A stretch of 64,000 nucleotides of DNA from Setoptus koraiensis (taxonomy: Eukaryota; Animalia; Arthropoda). The position numbers and the translations under genes are program-made. Shown in pieces: positions 39,738-50,828 of this stretch. The stretch lies in contig CM106585.1 of assembly GCA_048013815.1 (NCBI GenBank), forward strand, positions 10,044,001-10,108,000, written 5' to 3'. Each line of letters opens with the position of its first letter. The first letter of the stretch is position 1. Below the pieces are notes generated by a model. The model saw only the letters and a list, made by a program, of their open reading frames with translations. It ran no database searches and was not told where the DNA came from.

Positions 39738-42700
39738 GCGAGCTTCGAGCAGCAAGGTATAATGTCCATCAGTGAGTATCAATTGGTCAGTGATGCAAAT
39801 CAAAATTTGATGATTACCACGAGCAACAAAAACAACAAACTATTACAACAATTAGACAATAGCAGTAATAATAGCTGCGACAGCGACATATCGGCATCCA
39901 ACAGGCATCACATAGGCAACAACAGCACAACAACAGCGAGCAACAACCCGCCAGACAGCCCGCTATTTAAAGCCGTCAAAGCCATGGACCACAATCAACA
40001 GCATCAGCAACTCAGTAGACAGCAGCAACAACAACAGTCGTCGGATAATCCCATAGACAACAACGTAAATAGCGCCAACTTGGACGTGCTCAATTCAGAC
40101 AATAATAGTAAATTATTTATTGCACAAACAATAATGCGACAATTTCCCTCAATGCTAGACGACTTTGTCGCGGCCCACGCAACAATGACGGCAAACAACA
40201 TGCAAATAAACAACAACAACAACAACAATTACACAAACACTAACGCAAACAGAACGACCGACGATGATGAAACAGATGATTACATGATCGGCGCTGGCGG
40301 TGATATTAGGACTGGAGCTCGCCAACGGATCTCATTTAACTGTAATAACAACACAACAAGTGCCGGCGCCAGCAATTTGACCAGCGCTAGCACCAGACTG
40401 CATCAGCAGCACGTGCCCAATGAGAATAATGAGCAGCAGCAGCATCATCAGTCGCCAGCAGAGCACAGTTTGCAGAACCGGAAGTTGTCACAGCAGCAGC
40501 AGCAGCAAGCATCGCGCAGTCAGTCTAGTCGGCACCATGACGCAACAGTGATGGGCTCAGTGTCTGAGGATGACGACAATGACGACATGATCAATGTTGA
40601 CGATGTTTCCGATCAAGAAGAACGAGACGACGACGACGACGACGCGGACGCCGACTACCTGGAACTACAGGAACTAGAGGAAAACTCGTTGTCGGATGAC
40701 GAGCAAATTGTTGGCAATAACAACAACAACAATAATAATAGCAGTAATAATAAGAAGAAGCAGCCCACTGATTTATCCGCTGATTGCGCCAGACCAACAA
40801 TCAGCATCAATCACCAAGACCAACTGATAAAATCAGACCAGCAGCGCCATCTGAACGTGGCGAGGTTGGCGCAACGAAAGCAGCAACAGCAAGCGGCCAA
40901 CAACAGCAGCAACAACAACAACAACAAATCCACCACGGACACTCCATTGGATCTCAGCACGTGCTCCACGCCACCTATGATGGGCGGCAGCGCAACTATC
41001 GCCACTACTACACAAAACTATGCGTCATCTAGACAGCGTCCGACGGCCGTGTCGCCTGCTGACCAAGTTGCTGGCCAGCATCACACTATGATGCAACAAC
41101 TAATGGCCGCAACAAAATCTGGTCTCATTAGCATGGAAAATTTGACTAATTTGTTTGCCGGAATACAACAGAAACAGCAGCAGCAGCAGCAAACTGCAAC
41201 AACTCAGCAGCAACAGCGGCACCAGCGGCAGGCCACCGATGAGACCGGAAGCTCGTCGTCGTCGTCGTCGGTGTCCATGATCAACAACATGCTCATGCTG
41301 CTGAATGCCCAAGCCAACAACAGCAAGCAACCGACAGCGACAAGTGCGCCCGCCGGCAAGCACCAAGACCCGCAACCGGAACAACTGTTTGCCCAGCAGC
41401 ATTTGAACAGCCGATTGAGAACAGAATCGCTCAATAACATTCTTCATCGTCACAGTGGCAGCGGGGGCGGGGGCGCAAGTCGACCCAGCCAGCATCGCTC
41501 GCCGTCGCGCTCGTCCTCGTCGCCATCGAGCCCCCTATCGCCAAACAACAACAATAACAACAATCAAACTGACCACCAACAACTAGGCAACAAGCAACTG
41601 TTCGATGCCAGCTCCCTCTACGCAATGTACGAATTGCACAATCAGCAGCAGCAATCTATGCAAGCGCTGGACAACAACAACGGAAGTGGATCGCAACAGC
41701 ACCAGCAACATCCAATGTATCACCACCAGAGTTTGTTCAATCTTCAGGCGAAGAAGCGCAAACATTCCGACGACAACAATTTAAGCAGTGTGATGCAATA
41801 TGCGGCCACAACAGCGGCCAAAATCAGCGGCACTCTGGCCAGTCTCGGTCAACAACAGCAACAACAACAACAGCAGCAACAGCAGCATCTCGGCGGCTTC
41901 AATCAGCAACAATCGGCCGCTTACCAGCGGCACCGTCAATTGTCGCACAACAGCAACAACCAAAACAACAGCAACAGACAGCAAGCTTTATATTCACCTA
42001 CCTCAAATCTCGGCGGCAGTTCGCCTGCATTCGAGCAGCAACTCCTGAACAAAAGCGCCCAAAATCACACCAGCAACACCAATCACCTGTTGCTGGGCCA
42101 CTCAAACAAGTCCTTGCAGCATCGCCACCACCAATTGTATCAGCAGCAGCAACAGCATCACAATCATCATCAGTTGCGCAATATTTCTGGCACCACCGGA
42201 AGTGGTAGTGGCGCCGGAAGCGGAAGTGGCCACGCCACCAACAAGGGAGAGTCGTCGCCACCGCAACGTATTCTGGGCCAGACCAGTCTGACATCGTCGT
42301 CGTCGGCTTCTCATCATCATGCCAACATTGTAACGCCGGCCACTACTGGCACCAGTTTGGGGCACCATTTGCCAAAGAGTAAATCTGAGCGTTACACGTG
42401 CAAATATTGTGGCAAAAATTTTCCCCGATCTGCCAATCTGACGAGACACTTGCGTACGCACACTGGCGAACAACCGTACAAATGTAAATATTGTAATAGG
42501 TCATTTAGTATTTCGTCAAATCTTCAGAGGCACGTCAGAAACATACACAACAAAGAGCGACCATTTAAATGTGCCCTATGCGACAGATGCTTCGGCCAAC
42601 AAACAAATCTCGACAGACACCTAAAGAAACACGAAACAGAAGACACACAACAACAGCAACAGACCCAATTTCCGGTCCAGCCAACAGCGCCCATTTCCGG

Positions 42701-44345
42701 TCGGCATCAGCCGGCGTCGCTGGCGCAGCATTTGTCGTCCAAGTCATCGGGTCACCATCACAACAACAATGCCTCAAACACATTGCATCATTTATCGGCC
42801 TCTAACTATTTAAGCGGTCTCAGTTCATCGCTCAATCATCACAGAATGGCAGCAACAAACAACAATCGCAACAACAACAACATCTTGCAACAACTTTCCG
42901 GCGCCAGTCCCGCCGAAGATTCGCCTAGTTCCTCACCGGCGCCGCCGATGCAGCAACTGGCGCCAGCGTCGTCTCTAGCGGGGCCCCTGTCGTCATTGGT
43001 GGGCTCTCATTCAACCAACAACCTGATCACTCAATTCTCATCCATACTCAACAGCAATCCAAATCCGTTGGCGAGCGCCCTCAGCGAGTCGCCGACCATG
43101 CTGGGCGGCGCCTCTGGTGGCCATCATCATCACTTCAATCCGACCATAAATCACCACATGGCCTCTTATCTGCAACAGGCTGCCAGGGCTGTGGCCGCGG
43201 CCAGATTGCGCGAACAACAGCAGCACCAGTCCAGTCCGAGTTCGGACAAATCGCAGCAGCATATTGATCCGATCGACATGTTCTCTGGCGAGGACAATCA
43301 ACGGCAGCGGCACAGTGGCTCAGATCGTTTGCGAAGCTCAAGAGCGAGCAAGACAATCAAGGAGGAACAGTCCAATGATGAGGACGACGACGACGATCTA
43401 GACGATGTTGATGCTGATCGCCAGGTAGACGATGATTCGGATGGCGATGATTTAATTAGCGAGCAAGACCAAAGAGAAGAAGAGAGTGATAAGAAGAGAG
43501 AGAAATCGCGCTCATTAGGCAACGCCAGCTCAGATGGTTGCAAAGCGGCGGCGCCGCGAAATACTAGCGGCAAGCCGGCAACAGCAAACTCTCGCCAACA
43601 ACAGCGGCCCCCGATCAAACAAGAGTCGGCCTCTAGCCTAATCGGAAGCGACGAGGAACTGGAGAGTAGCGGTCGCATTAGACTCAGGCCACGGCCGGGC
43701 AGATCGACGGCGCTAACTTCGGCACTTCCGGTTGTTAGTAACAGACGAGGCAGTTGTAGTAATTCGTCGTCGGCTAGTGGCTCCATAGCTCACAGGTCAG
43801 CGGCTCATCATCATCAGGCTCGAGCCAACGTGGCCAATGTGGCTCGTCGTCAGCAGGGGGCACCCAATGACGATGACAAAATGATTCAGCATGATGATGA
43901 GCACCATGATGATGAGCATGATGACGATGACGACAACAATTCTGACAATAATTGTCCACAATCTGATTACAAGACGGCGGCTGCTATGACATGTGCATCA
44001 TCTGACATCAACGACTCGCCAACCATGGCAAAATTGTCGTCGCGTAGAAAGCGAAGCCAACCATCCAAGTCGTCGATAGATGGTGCCAACAGCGGGGCCC
44101 AATTCAAACAGGACCGGAAACAGTTGCCAGAAAACGATAAGAAAACAACAATCATTCAACAAGATGATAATGAGATCACTGATGCAACAGAGGGCGAGGA
44201 TAGCGACAACGACAACCAATCAGTAGTGACAAAAGAGCACACGATACGGGACGACGACGGCAGCGCCTCGCCAGTTGACAATGACAACAACAATCACACC
44301 AGCAACGCCGAAGATCGCCAACAAGACGCCGTCGATTCTAATTAA
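39738..44345 (+). CDS. ham: hamlet/PRDM16/MECOM-family factor, terminal exon with CtBP-binding motifs and C-terminal three C2H2 fingers
   Basis: 1527-aa ORF 39762..44345 with PTDLS (~40764) and PLDLS (~40944). It also has [82 protein letters not shown] (EVI1 fingers 8-10) followed by an acidic region. Acceptor ccgacag|39738 is in frame with ATG 39762. Confidence 0.92.
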   Translation, partial: ASFEQQGIMSISEYQLVSDANQNLMITTSNKNNKLLQQLDNSSNNSCDSDISASNRHHIGNNSTTTASNNPPDSPLFKAVKAMDHNQQHQQLSRQQQQQQSSDNPIDNNVNSANLDVLNSDNNSKLFIAQTIMRQFPSMLDDFVAAHATMTANNMQINNNNNNNYTNTNANRTTDDDETDDYMIGAGGDIRTGARQRISFNCNNNTTSAGASNLTSASTRLHQQHVPNENNEQQQHHQSPAEHSLQNRKLSQQQQQQASRSQSSRHHDATVMGSVSEDDDNDDMINVDDVSDQEERDDDDDDADADYLELQELEENSLSDDEQIVGNNNNNNNNSSNNKKKQPTDLSADCARPTISINHQDQLIKSDQQRHLNVARLAQRKQQQQAANNSSNNNNNKSTTDTPLDLSTCSTPPMMGGSATIATTTQNYASSRQRPTAVSPADQVAGQHHTMMQQLMAATKSGLISMENLTNLFAGIQQKQQQQQQTATTQQQQRHQRQATDETGSSSSSSSVSMINNMLMLLNAQANNSKQPTATSAPAGKHQDPQPEQLFAQQHLNSRLRTESLNNILHRHSGSGGGGASRPSQHRSPSRSSSSPSSPLSPNNNNNNNQTDHQQLGNKQLFDASSLYAMYELHNQQQQSMQALDNNNGSGSQQHQQHPMYHHQSLFNLQAKKRKHSDDNNLSSVMQYAATTAAKISGTLASLGQQQQQQQQQQQQHLGGFNQQQSAAYQRHRQLSHNSNNQNNSNRQQALYSPTSNLGGSSPAFEQQLLNKSAQNHTSNTNHLLLGHSNKSLQHRHHQLYQQQQQHHNHHQLRNISGTTGSGSGAGSGSGHATNKGESSPPQRILGQTSLTSSSSASHHHANIVTPATTGTSLGHHLPKSKSERYTCKYCGKNFPRSANLTRHLRTHTGEQPYKCKYCNRSFSISSNLQRHVRNIHNKERPFKCALCDRCFGQQTNLDRHLKKHETEDTQQQQQTQFPVQPTAPISGRHQPASLAQHLSSKSSGHHHNNNASNTLHHLSASNYLSGLSSSLNHHRMAATNNNRNNNNILQQLSGASPAEDSPSSSPAPPMQQLAPASSLAGPLSSLVGSHSTNNLITQFSSILNSNPNPLASALSESPTMLGGASGGHHHHFNPTINHHMASYLQQAARAVAAARLREQQQHQSSPSSDKSQQHIDPIDMFSGEDNQRQRHSGSDRLRSSRASKTIKEEQSNDEDDDDDLDDVDADRQVDDDSDGDDLISEQDQREEESDKKREKSRSLGNASSDGCKAAAPRNTSGKPATANSRQQQRPPIKQESASSLIGSDEELESSGRIRLRPRPGRSTALTSALPVVSNRRGSCSNSSSASGSIAHRSAAHHHQARANVANVARRQQGAPNDDDKMIQHDDEHHDDEHDDDDDNNSDNNCPQSDYKTAAAMTCASSDINDSPTMAKLSSRRKRSQPSKSSIDGANSGAQFKQDRKQLPENDKKTTIIQQDDNEITDATEGEDSDNDNQSVVTKEHTIRDDDGSASPVDNDNNNHTSNAEDRQQDAVDSN

Positions 44346-45360
44346 TTGCTGATTCAAACAACCATCAAATGATAAGAGCTAGTCATTTAAGAAGTTCTGA
44401 CAACGACACACACACACACACAGTACCGAGAAACAACTTTTAATCATGATTGATTATTATTAGTTAGTTAGTGTTTATTTTCTAGACATATTTACACAAT
44501 TGCCGATTGCCGTAACAAATAAGCCCCACTATCCGTGTCTGTTGTCTTGTTTCTGCGACTGGACAGCGAAACAATTGAGTGTTGCGCGGATGTAACACGA
44601 CCGACATGACACAACAACGAACATCTCATTGACATTGCATCATTGTGAGAATAACTCATGCATATCAGCGCCGTCAATGCGCATCATTATTAGAAAAAAT
44701 CCGATAAATTGCAAGCAAAAATTGCAAATTATGCCCATGTCGAATTAGCCGAGTCAAATTGGAGAAAAACAAATAAGTATTCGAAGGAATTTACACGACA
44801 CGTTGTCGACCTGCTGACACAACATACCGATTGAACACACAAACTGTAGAAAAGTAGTAACTAGAAAAAATAGTGTCTATTGTGACGACATGTCCATTGT
44901 CGTCGTAATGGTCACGTATGTAAATACAATGCATTAGTTTAGACAAAACTCAGCCAGTTTTGTTCCCATTTCAGTCTTATTGTACGTAACAATTATATGC
45001 GAACATAGCGAATGAACATTAATTAAAATCATAACATGATCATGATGTAAATTTTACATAACCGACAACATTAGCTGTTTAGATGATGATTAAATTTATA
45101 TAGTTTCATACATGTATAGTAATCAACTTAATTGTTTCTATTACTATTATTACTATTATTATTGGTATTAATATTATTATTATAATAATTATTATTATTA
45201 TTAGTGCATTGTCATGTCGCACACACACACACACACACACATGTATCATATAACATTATTATTAGAAGACAACAACGTTACATAATCACAGCTAGAGCAA
45301 CTGACTAGAACCCTTTACATGTATGCAACCAAATAAGTAAAATCAATTAAAATTGTATCG
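44346..45360 (+). other. Probable AT-rich 3' UTR of hamlet-like gene
   Basis: AT-rich sequence after the TAA at 44343-44345, with (TAT)n/(AC)n tracts, one TGTAAATA (Pumilio-type element) at 44919-44926 and an ATTAAA near 45346. End point inferred. Confidence 0.45.
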
Positions 45361-45601
45361 AAATTGAACTCATTTGTTCGTCTGTCGCCCGCTTATTTCT
45401 TGTTGATTTTCATTATTTTTTTTAGTAGTTTTCTCATGAGTACATATTTTCGCTCCAAAATAGCTCCGGGTGTGACTTATGGAACCCGTAAAGTTTGATG
45501 AGAAGTCAAATTAGATCATTTTGACTAAAATGAAAATTTTTGTTTTCAGTACAACCAGTTCTTCTGTATTGTCCACTGAAAATTACCTGTACGATCCAAA
45601 A

Positions 45602-45628
45602 TGATCAATGATGCGTATGGTTTTAAAC
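45602..45628 (+). promoter_or_regulatory. Conserved 5' flanking elements of 5S rRNA genes (TGATCAAT at about -39, TGGTTTTAAAC at about -23 to -13)
   Basis: Both words occur at the same spacing upstream of 5S copies 1-4, although the rest of copy 1's upstream flank is diverged; absent upstream of copy 5. Confidence 0.55.
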
Positions 45629-45640
45629 AGAAACGCTGTT

Positions 45641-45758
45641 GTGTAGGACCATACTACGTTGAAAACACCGCATCTCGTCAGATCTGCGAAGTTAAGCAAC
45701 GTCAGGCCCGGTTAGTACTTGGGAGGGAGACCACCTGGGAACTCCGGGTGTCCTACAC
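45641..45758 (+). rRNA. 5S rRNA: 5S ribosomal RNA, copy 1
   Basis: GTGTAGGACCATACTACGTTGAAAACACCGCATCTCGTCAGATCTGCGAAGTTAAGCAACGTCAGGCCCGGTTAGTACTTGGGAGGGAGACCACCTGGGAACTCCGGGTGTCCTACAC. It has a 9-bp helix I (GTGTAGGAC/GTCCTACAC), an A-box-like AGTTAAGC, loop E GGTTAGTA and a C-box-like GGGAGAC, followed by an oligo-T terminator. Confidence 0.97.
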
Positions 45759-45769
45759 TTTTACTTTTT
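45759..45769 (+). terminator. Pol III oligo-T terminator TTTTACTTTTT
   Basis: Directly follows 5S copy 1. The identical motif follows the other copies: 46426-46436 (-), 50312-50322 (+), 53734-53744 (-), 54452-54462 (-). Confidence 0.85.
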
Positions 45770-45887
45770 GCTGAAAAAAAAAGCTTGACGTGAGGGGTCT
45801 TCCCATACTTGAGTGATGCTTTTTATTTTGGGGCTTCCATTTTCAGAAATAGAGCAATAGATTCAATAGAATTTATCTACATGGAGT

Positions 45888-45913
45888 AAACATTTTTCAT
45901 CTTATATAAATAG
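45888..45913 (+). promoter_or_regulatory. AAACATTTTT + TATA box (TATAAATAG) upstream of truncated secreted-family paralogue
   Basis: Same motif pair lies upstream of all three paralogues; TATAAATA at 45905-45912, about 115 nt before the ATG. Confidence 0.6.
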
Positions 45914-46026
45914 ATGTGAGGTTACAGTAGTAATATTGCATAAATTGTGTTTAAATGACAGCCAACGAATACGATATGTGAGTCTTATTCGATTTCACCA
46001 ATTTCTGGATTCAAATTTAGATAAAG

Positions 46027-46383
46027 ATGTCTGTACAACAAGTGTTTTCCTTTTTGCTGGTCGTGGGCGTCGTCGGTTCTGTCTTGCCTGGCAGTTTGGG
46101 AAAACTATGGACATCATCAAAGTCACTTTGCAAAGAAAAAGTGAAATCTCTCGACTCAGTGTCCAAGTTCATAGAATTCATAAACGAATTGGACCAGACA
46201 CCGGAAATAGATAGCGAAACTACAAGCAAAATAATCAACGACTGTTTGAACAGTTACAATGGCGCGGAAGATGTGAGAGCCGTGAAAGAAATGGTTCAGA
46301 CACTGCCAACATTTCATTCTGTGTGTGAGGAAAAATCCATCGAGAACATCGTGGCAGTTCAATATCATCTGACCAGCCAGTGA
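46027..46383 (+). pseudogene. 3'-truncated, mosaic paralogue of the secreted six-cysteine family (118 aa)
   Basis: Signal-peptide-like N-terminus MSVQQVFSFLLVVGVVGSVLPGS. Region 46099-46377 differs from 52679-52957 at only 4 nt, then homology breaks off (...HLTSQ*). It keeps only 3 of the 6 conserved Cys. Confidence 0.75.
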
Positions 46384-46416
46384 TTGGTTCTAGAAGCCAG
46401 CCTTTCGCATCTTCTG

Positions 46417-46859
46417 TTTTTCAGCAAAAAGTAAAAGTGTAGGACACCCGGAGTTCCCAGGTGGTCTCCCTCCCAAGTACTAACCGGGCCTGACGTTGCT
46501 TAACTTCGCAGATCTGACGAGATGCGGTGTTTTCAACGTAGTATGGTCCTACACGAATGAAGAGCAGTTTAAAACCAAATTTATTATTGATCAATGTTCA
46601 TCAACTCTTTTCCAAAATAAAAAAGTTGCAATTCCCGCTTCGAAAGCAAGACCGTCCTTTGCAGAAATGTCATTCATTGTCAAACGACAGTTATCTCATA
46701 TCTTCTTCCTAAATATGGCCTAGTTACTTTACTTGACGTCTTTTCAATATGTCAAATCAACAGAGCCCTTATGGCCCAGCTACAGTAGATCACGTTGTTA
46801 CCTAGCTTATCTATCCGAACGCGGCAGGTCAACAGTCTGATCACTAATGAGATATCTTA
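46417..46859 (-). repeat. Direct segmental repeat (5S copy 2 + ~305 nt upstream spacer), partner at 53725-54167
   Basis: 443 nt versus 443 nt at an offset of 7308; only one mismatch noticed (46852 A versus 54160 G); ends at TATCTTA. Confidence 0.9.
46437..46554 (-). rRNA. 5S rRNA: 5S ribosomal RNA, copy 2
   Basis: Exact reverse complement of copy 1 with terminator; convergent with copy 1. Confidence 0.97.
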
Positions 46860-47390
46860 TCACCGATCGTAGCTTGAAGAACTGGAAGAATATTGATTTG
46901 TCAATAATTAGTGTTCGTACAGTGCTGATTGACGATCGATGCATTTCTGTCTAATGCGAAATTTCTATGAACCACGAAAGTTCAGGAATAGTGTTCTAGC
47001 CAACGCTGAATTGTCAATCATATGTCTAGATGTGCTTTTTGCTGAACATTCGATGGTGGCAACTCATTAATTCTTGCTTTGGCCTTGATTTTTTTATTAA
47101 TGGCCTAGAAGATAAGAAGAATACTAATGATATGCCACACATTATTCAATTACGTGTGACATAATGAATCTAATTACTTTTGTATAATAAGGTAAAATAT
47201 CTGTCAGATGAAATTATGTCTCCAACATGGCGATGCAACTTGTATTGTCTATCGTTACTGTCTGATCCAATGAGCGCCTGCATATCAATGATGAAAAGAA
47301 CACACTAGAGGAAGGAATAAGAGCCTCCCTTTAAAGTTTTTGTTTCTCCTTCTGCCCAATTAACTAGGCATACAGCAATTAAAAGACTAA

Positions 47391-49889
47391 ATGAAAGTAT
47401 TAGTGTGTCTTGTGTTCGCAAGTCTCCTTGCTGAAGGTGAGTTAAAACTTGAAAAATTGTTTTTTTTTTCTCAGAAGTAATGGATCAAATAGAGAAAATA
47501 ACCACCAATAAGCAATTTTCGGATGTTCGAAACCATCAAATAATCATGTGAAGCCTCTCTCACATTCATGCTTGTCAAAAGTTATCGAAGGTATTGATAG
47601 ATATAAAATTCATTTGTATTCGTTCCAGGATATGCCCAAAAACTTGTTTGTTATTATGGTTCATGGTCAGCTTATAGACCAGGCTCCGGAAAATTTTCCG
47701 TGGAAAACATAGATCCATATATGTGCACCCATTTGATTTACGGGTTAGTTGAACACAAACGAGTTATTTCTGTAGTATAGTAAATTTCCCCCCCCCCCTC
47801 AATGGGTCGTAATCTTCAGCGAATAAATCGATAAGGCACGAAAAACATGATCTTAGTGTAAAAAGTAGCTTCGGCAAATGTAGCATGCGTACAACAATTG
47901 TACCATGATATTTATATCTAAGATCATTTTTGCTTTATTGATAATTACTAGCTGATAGATCGTGCGAGAATGCGACCAATTTGGTTTGATCTCTTTCTCC
48001 AAATTTGAAACAAAAATAAACTGAACCCGACAACCTGATTTGCAAAATCGCCGACTAGGTTCTCTGGACTCGGTCAGGACGGACGAATAAAAGCCTTAGA
48101 TCCATGGAATGACCTGCAGAATAACAATGGGGCCATGCGAAGATTCACTGATCTGAAAAGATTGAACTCTAACCTTAAAACACTTGTGGCCATCGGTGGT
48201 GAGTAATTGTTAATCAATTCAGTGTTGCAACATAAGAGGCAAAGTGGGAACTTAAGGTTGCCGATACATTCCATTTGCATACATTTACTACAATTTATTC
48301 GAAATATTTTTGCTCAGGTTGGAACGAGGGCAGCTCCAAATACTCTGATATGGCCTCGGACTCGAGGAGCAGAGCCAAGTTCATTCAGAGTGTTTTAGAT
48401 TTTATCGACGAATACAACTTTGATGGACTGGACCTCAATTGGGAATATCCGGCATCCAGAGGTGGCCGATCTGTGGACAAGCGAAATTATGTGTCTCTAC
48501 TGAGCGAACTTAAAAGCGCCTTCAGAGAGCATGACTATTTGCTGTCGGCGGCAGTTGCTGCCGACAAGTTCACTATTGACAACTCATACGACGTTCCGCA
48601 GCTATCCAGGTAAATGGGAGAGAATGTATGAGAATGCAAAAAAGATCTAATCTGACCATGAGAATGTATTTGTAACGACTCCACGAATTATATTCTAAAC
48701 TGTTTGCTCATTTAATTGTGCGAGCAGATATCTCGATATGATCAACATTAAGAGCTACGATTATCACGGAGCCTGGGAGAGCAAGACGGGCTTGAATGCG
48801 CCGCTGTACAGCTCGCCAGTTTTCCAAAAGAGGTACCCCGAAGACCAGTTGCTGAATGTGAATTTCACAATTAACTACTGGATACAAAAGGGCGCTGCGC
48901 GGAACAAAATCAATTTAGGCCTGGCGTCGTATGGTAGATCATTCACCCTGGACAATGCTGGCAGAAATTTCATTTACTCGCCAGCCAGTCAGAAGGGTCG
49001 AGCGGGGGCCTATACGCAGGAGCCGGGCTTCTTGGGTTTCAATGAGATATGCGAGCTACTTCAAGACGGACCGGACTCGTGGACCACAAAACGCGATCGC
49101 TACTATCGTACTCCGTACGCATTCACGAACGGAAATCAATGGGTCGGCTACGACGATGCTGTTAGCTTGAAGGAGAAAACACAATTCGCCCAATCGTTGT
49201 CACTGGGCGGCATTATGGTGTGGTCAATGGAAACGGACGACTTTTCGGGTAGATGCGGCCAGGGCACTTATCCGCTGATAAAGGCTGTGAAAAGTCAATT
49301 GACAAATGATGAGTCGCCGGCGCTTGTCGAGGGCGGCATGGGCGGCCATCATCAGGGCGGCGGCGGTATGAGAGGTGGCGGGTCCCATGGTGGTGCCTCG
49401 TGCAGATCATCGGAGCATCCAAGTAGATCGTCGAGCCCGAGCGGTCACCGCGAATACAAACAGACAGAAGTTTGCCCGTGCGGCCGAACTAGCGGAGGTA
49501 GCTGTCGGTGCAACAAAAAATCACAACCGTCCCACACGCAAGTTAAAGTTATCGAGACAGAAGAAGAATGTCCATGCAAATCCAAGCAAACAACAGTCGA
49601 ACCAAAGAGTCATAGCGAACCAAAATCGCATATGCAATGCAAATGCAGCACTAAATCGGGGGGCACCACCAGTTGCAAGTGTAAAACTCGACCGAAGACG
49701 TTCACTTGTAGCCGCGAGGGTATGTTTGCCGATCCACAAAAGTGCACATGCTTCCATGTTTGTACATTGGATGTCAGCAAAAAGACTTACACTGATCACA
49801 AACTCGATTGTGGGCCTGGCACTGCTTTCAGTGAGAAGTTGAAATCTTGCGACCACATAGCAAATGTGCCATCGTGTCGCAATAAATAA
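47391..49889 (+). CDS. GH18 chitinase / chitinase-like protein with C-terminal CBM14 domain; join(47391..47436,47629..47743,48059..48198,48318..48609,48728..49889), 584 aa
   Basis: Signal peptide MKVLVCLVFASLLAEGYA, then KLVCYYGSWSAYRPGSGKF, IDPYMCTHLIYGF, KTLVAIGGWNEG, FDGLDLNWEYP, SYDYHGAW, WVGYDD, GGIMVWSMETDDF and C-terminal CSREGMFADPQKC...CGPGTAFSEKLKSCD. All four introns are GT-AG with matching phases (1,2,1,2); total 1755 nt. Confidence 0.92.
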
Positions 49890-50075
49890 TTAGATTATCA
49901 AATGTTCATTTATTTCCACAATCGTTTTGTTTATGAGGCATCATTATCGTAAATTGACAGTGAGACACTATTATTTGGGCAACGTAAAAAATTGCCCACA
50001 ACGTGAGCGCCGACATGTAGGTGTATAATCTGGGATGATCAGTGATTAATACGGTTTATCTTTACGGAACAATTG

Positions 50076-50610
50076 TGACATTTCTGCAAAGGACGGTCTT
50101 GCTTTCGAAGCGGGAATTGCAACTTTTTTATTTTGGAAAAGAGTTGATGAACATTGATCAATAATAAATTTGGTTTTAAACTGCTTTTCTTTCGTGTAGG
50201 ACCATACTACGTTGAAAACACCGCATCTCGTCAGATCTGCGAAGTTAAGCAACGTCAGGCCCGGTTAGTACTTGGGAGGGAGACCACCTGGGAACTCCGG
50301 GTGTCCTACACTTTTACTTTTTGCTGAAAAAAAAAGGCTTGACGTAAGGGGTCTTCCCATACTTGAGTGATGCTTTTTATTTTGGGGCTTCCATTTTCAG
50401 AAATAAAGCAATAGAGACACCGAAGAAGCCTCTTCGTAAACGACAAACCGGAAACGGAAATCAACCATATTTCAGAGATGTTTTTCTCGCAAACTCTTCC
50501 CACTTTTGAGAACGAGAACCAGAAATAAAGATATATGGATTTTGACATTCCTTTTGCTATCAGCAATACAAGTGCATGATCGTGCTAATCTCGTTTTTTG
50601 ATCTGCCTAA
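50076..50610 (+). repeat. 5S copy 3 with 118 nt upstream spacer and ~299 nt downstream spacer; inverted relative to 53863-54580
   Basis: 50312-50610 is the reverse complement of 54165-54462 (few substitutions); 50076-50193 is the reverse complement of the proximal spacer beside copies 2 and 4. Confidence 0.88.
50194..50311 (+). rRNA. 5S rRNA: 5S ribosomal RNA, copy 3
   Basis: Identical to copy 1; followed by TTTTACTTTTT. Confidence 0.97.
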
Positions 50611-50828
50611 CGGGATGCAAAAAACTGGCTCCTAGAACAAGCGCTGGTCATGAAATTCAGCATGAAAATACAATCGAGCGCAAGAAACGAGACTTTCTGC
50701 TGGCGAAGCTCGGGAATGTACAAGCCTTATTTTTATCCACAGCATATCATATGGTTTGGATGAGTAGAGCTTCATATCATTATTTTCATCGCTGCTGCGA
50801 ATTCCAATTCAGTTTCTCTACATCTTTC

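Noticed and set aside
46496-46723. Repeated small ORFs 'MLNFADLTRCG...' (also 50046..50252, 53804..54031) and 'MLIAKGMSKS...'
   Set aside because: They are translations of antisense 5S rRNA and spacer; the repetition reflects the 5S repeats.
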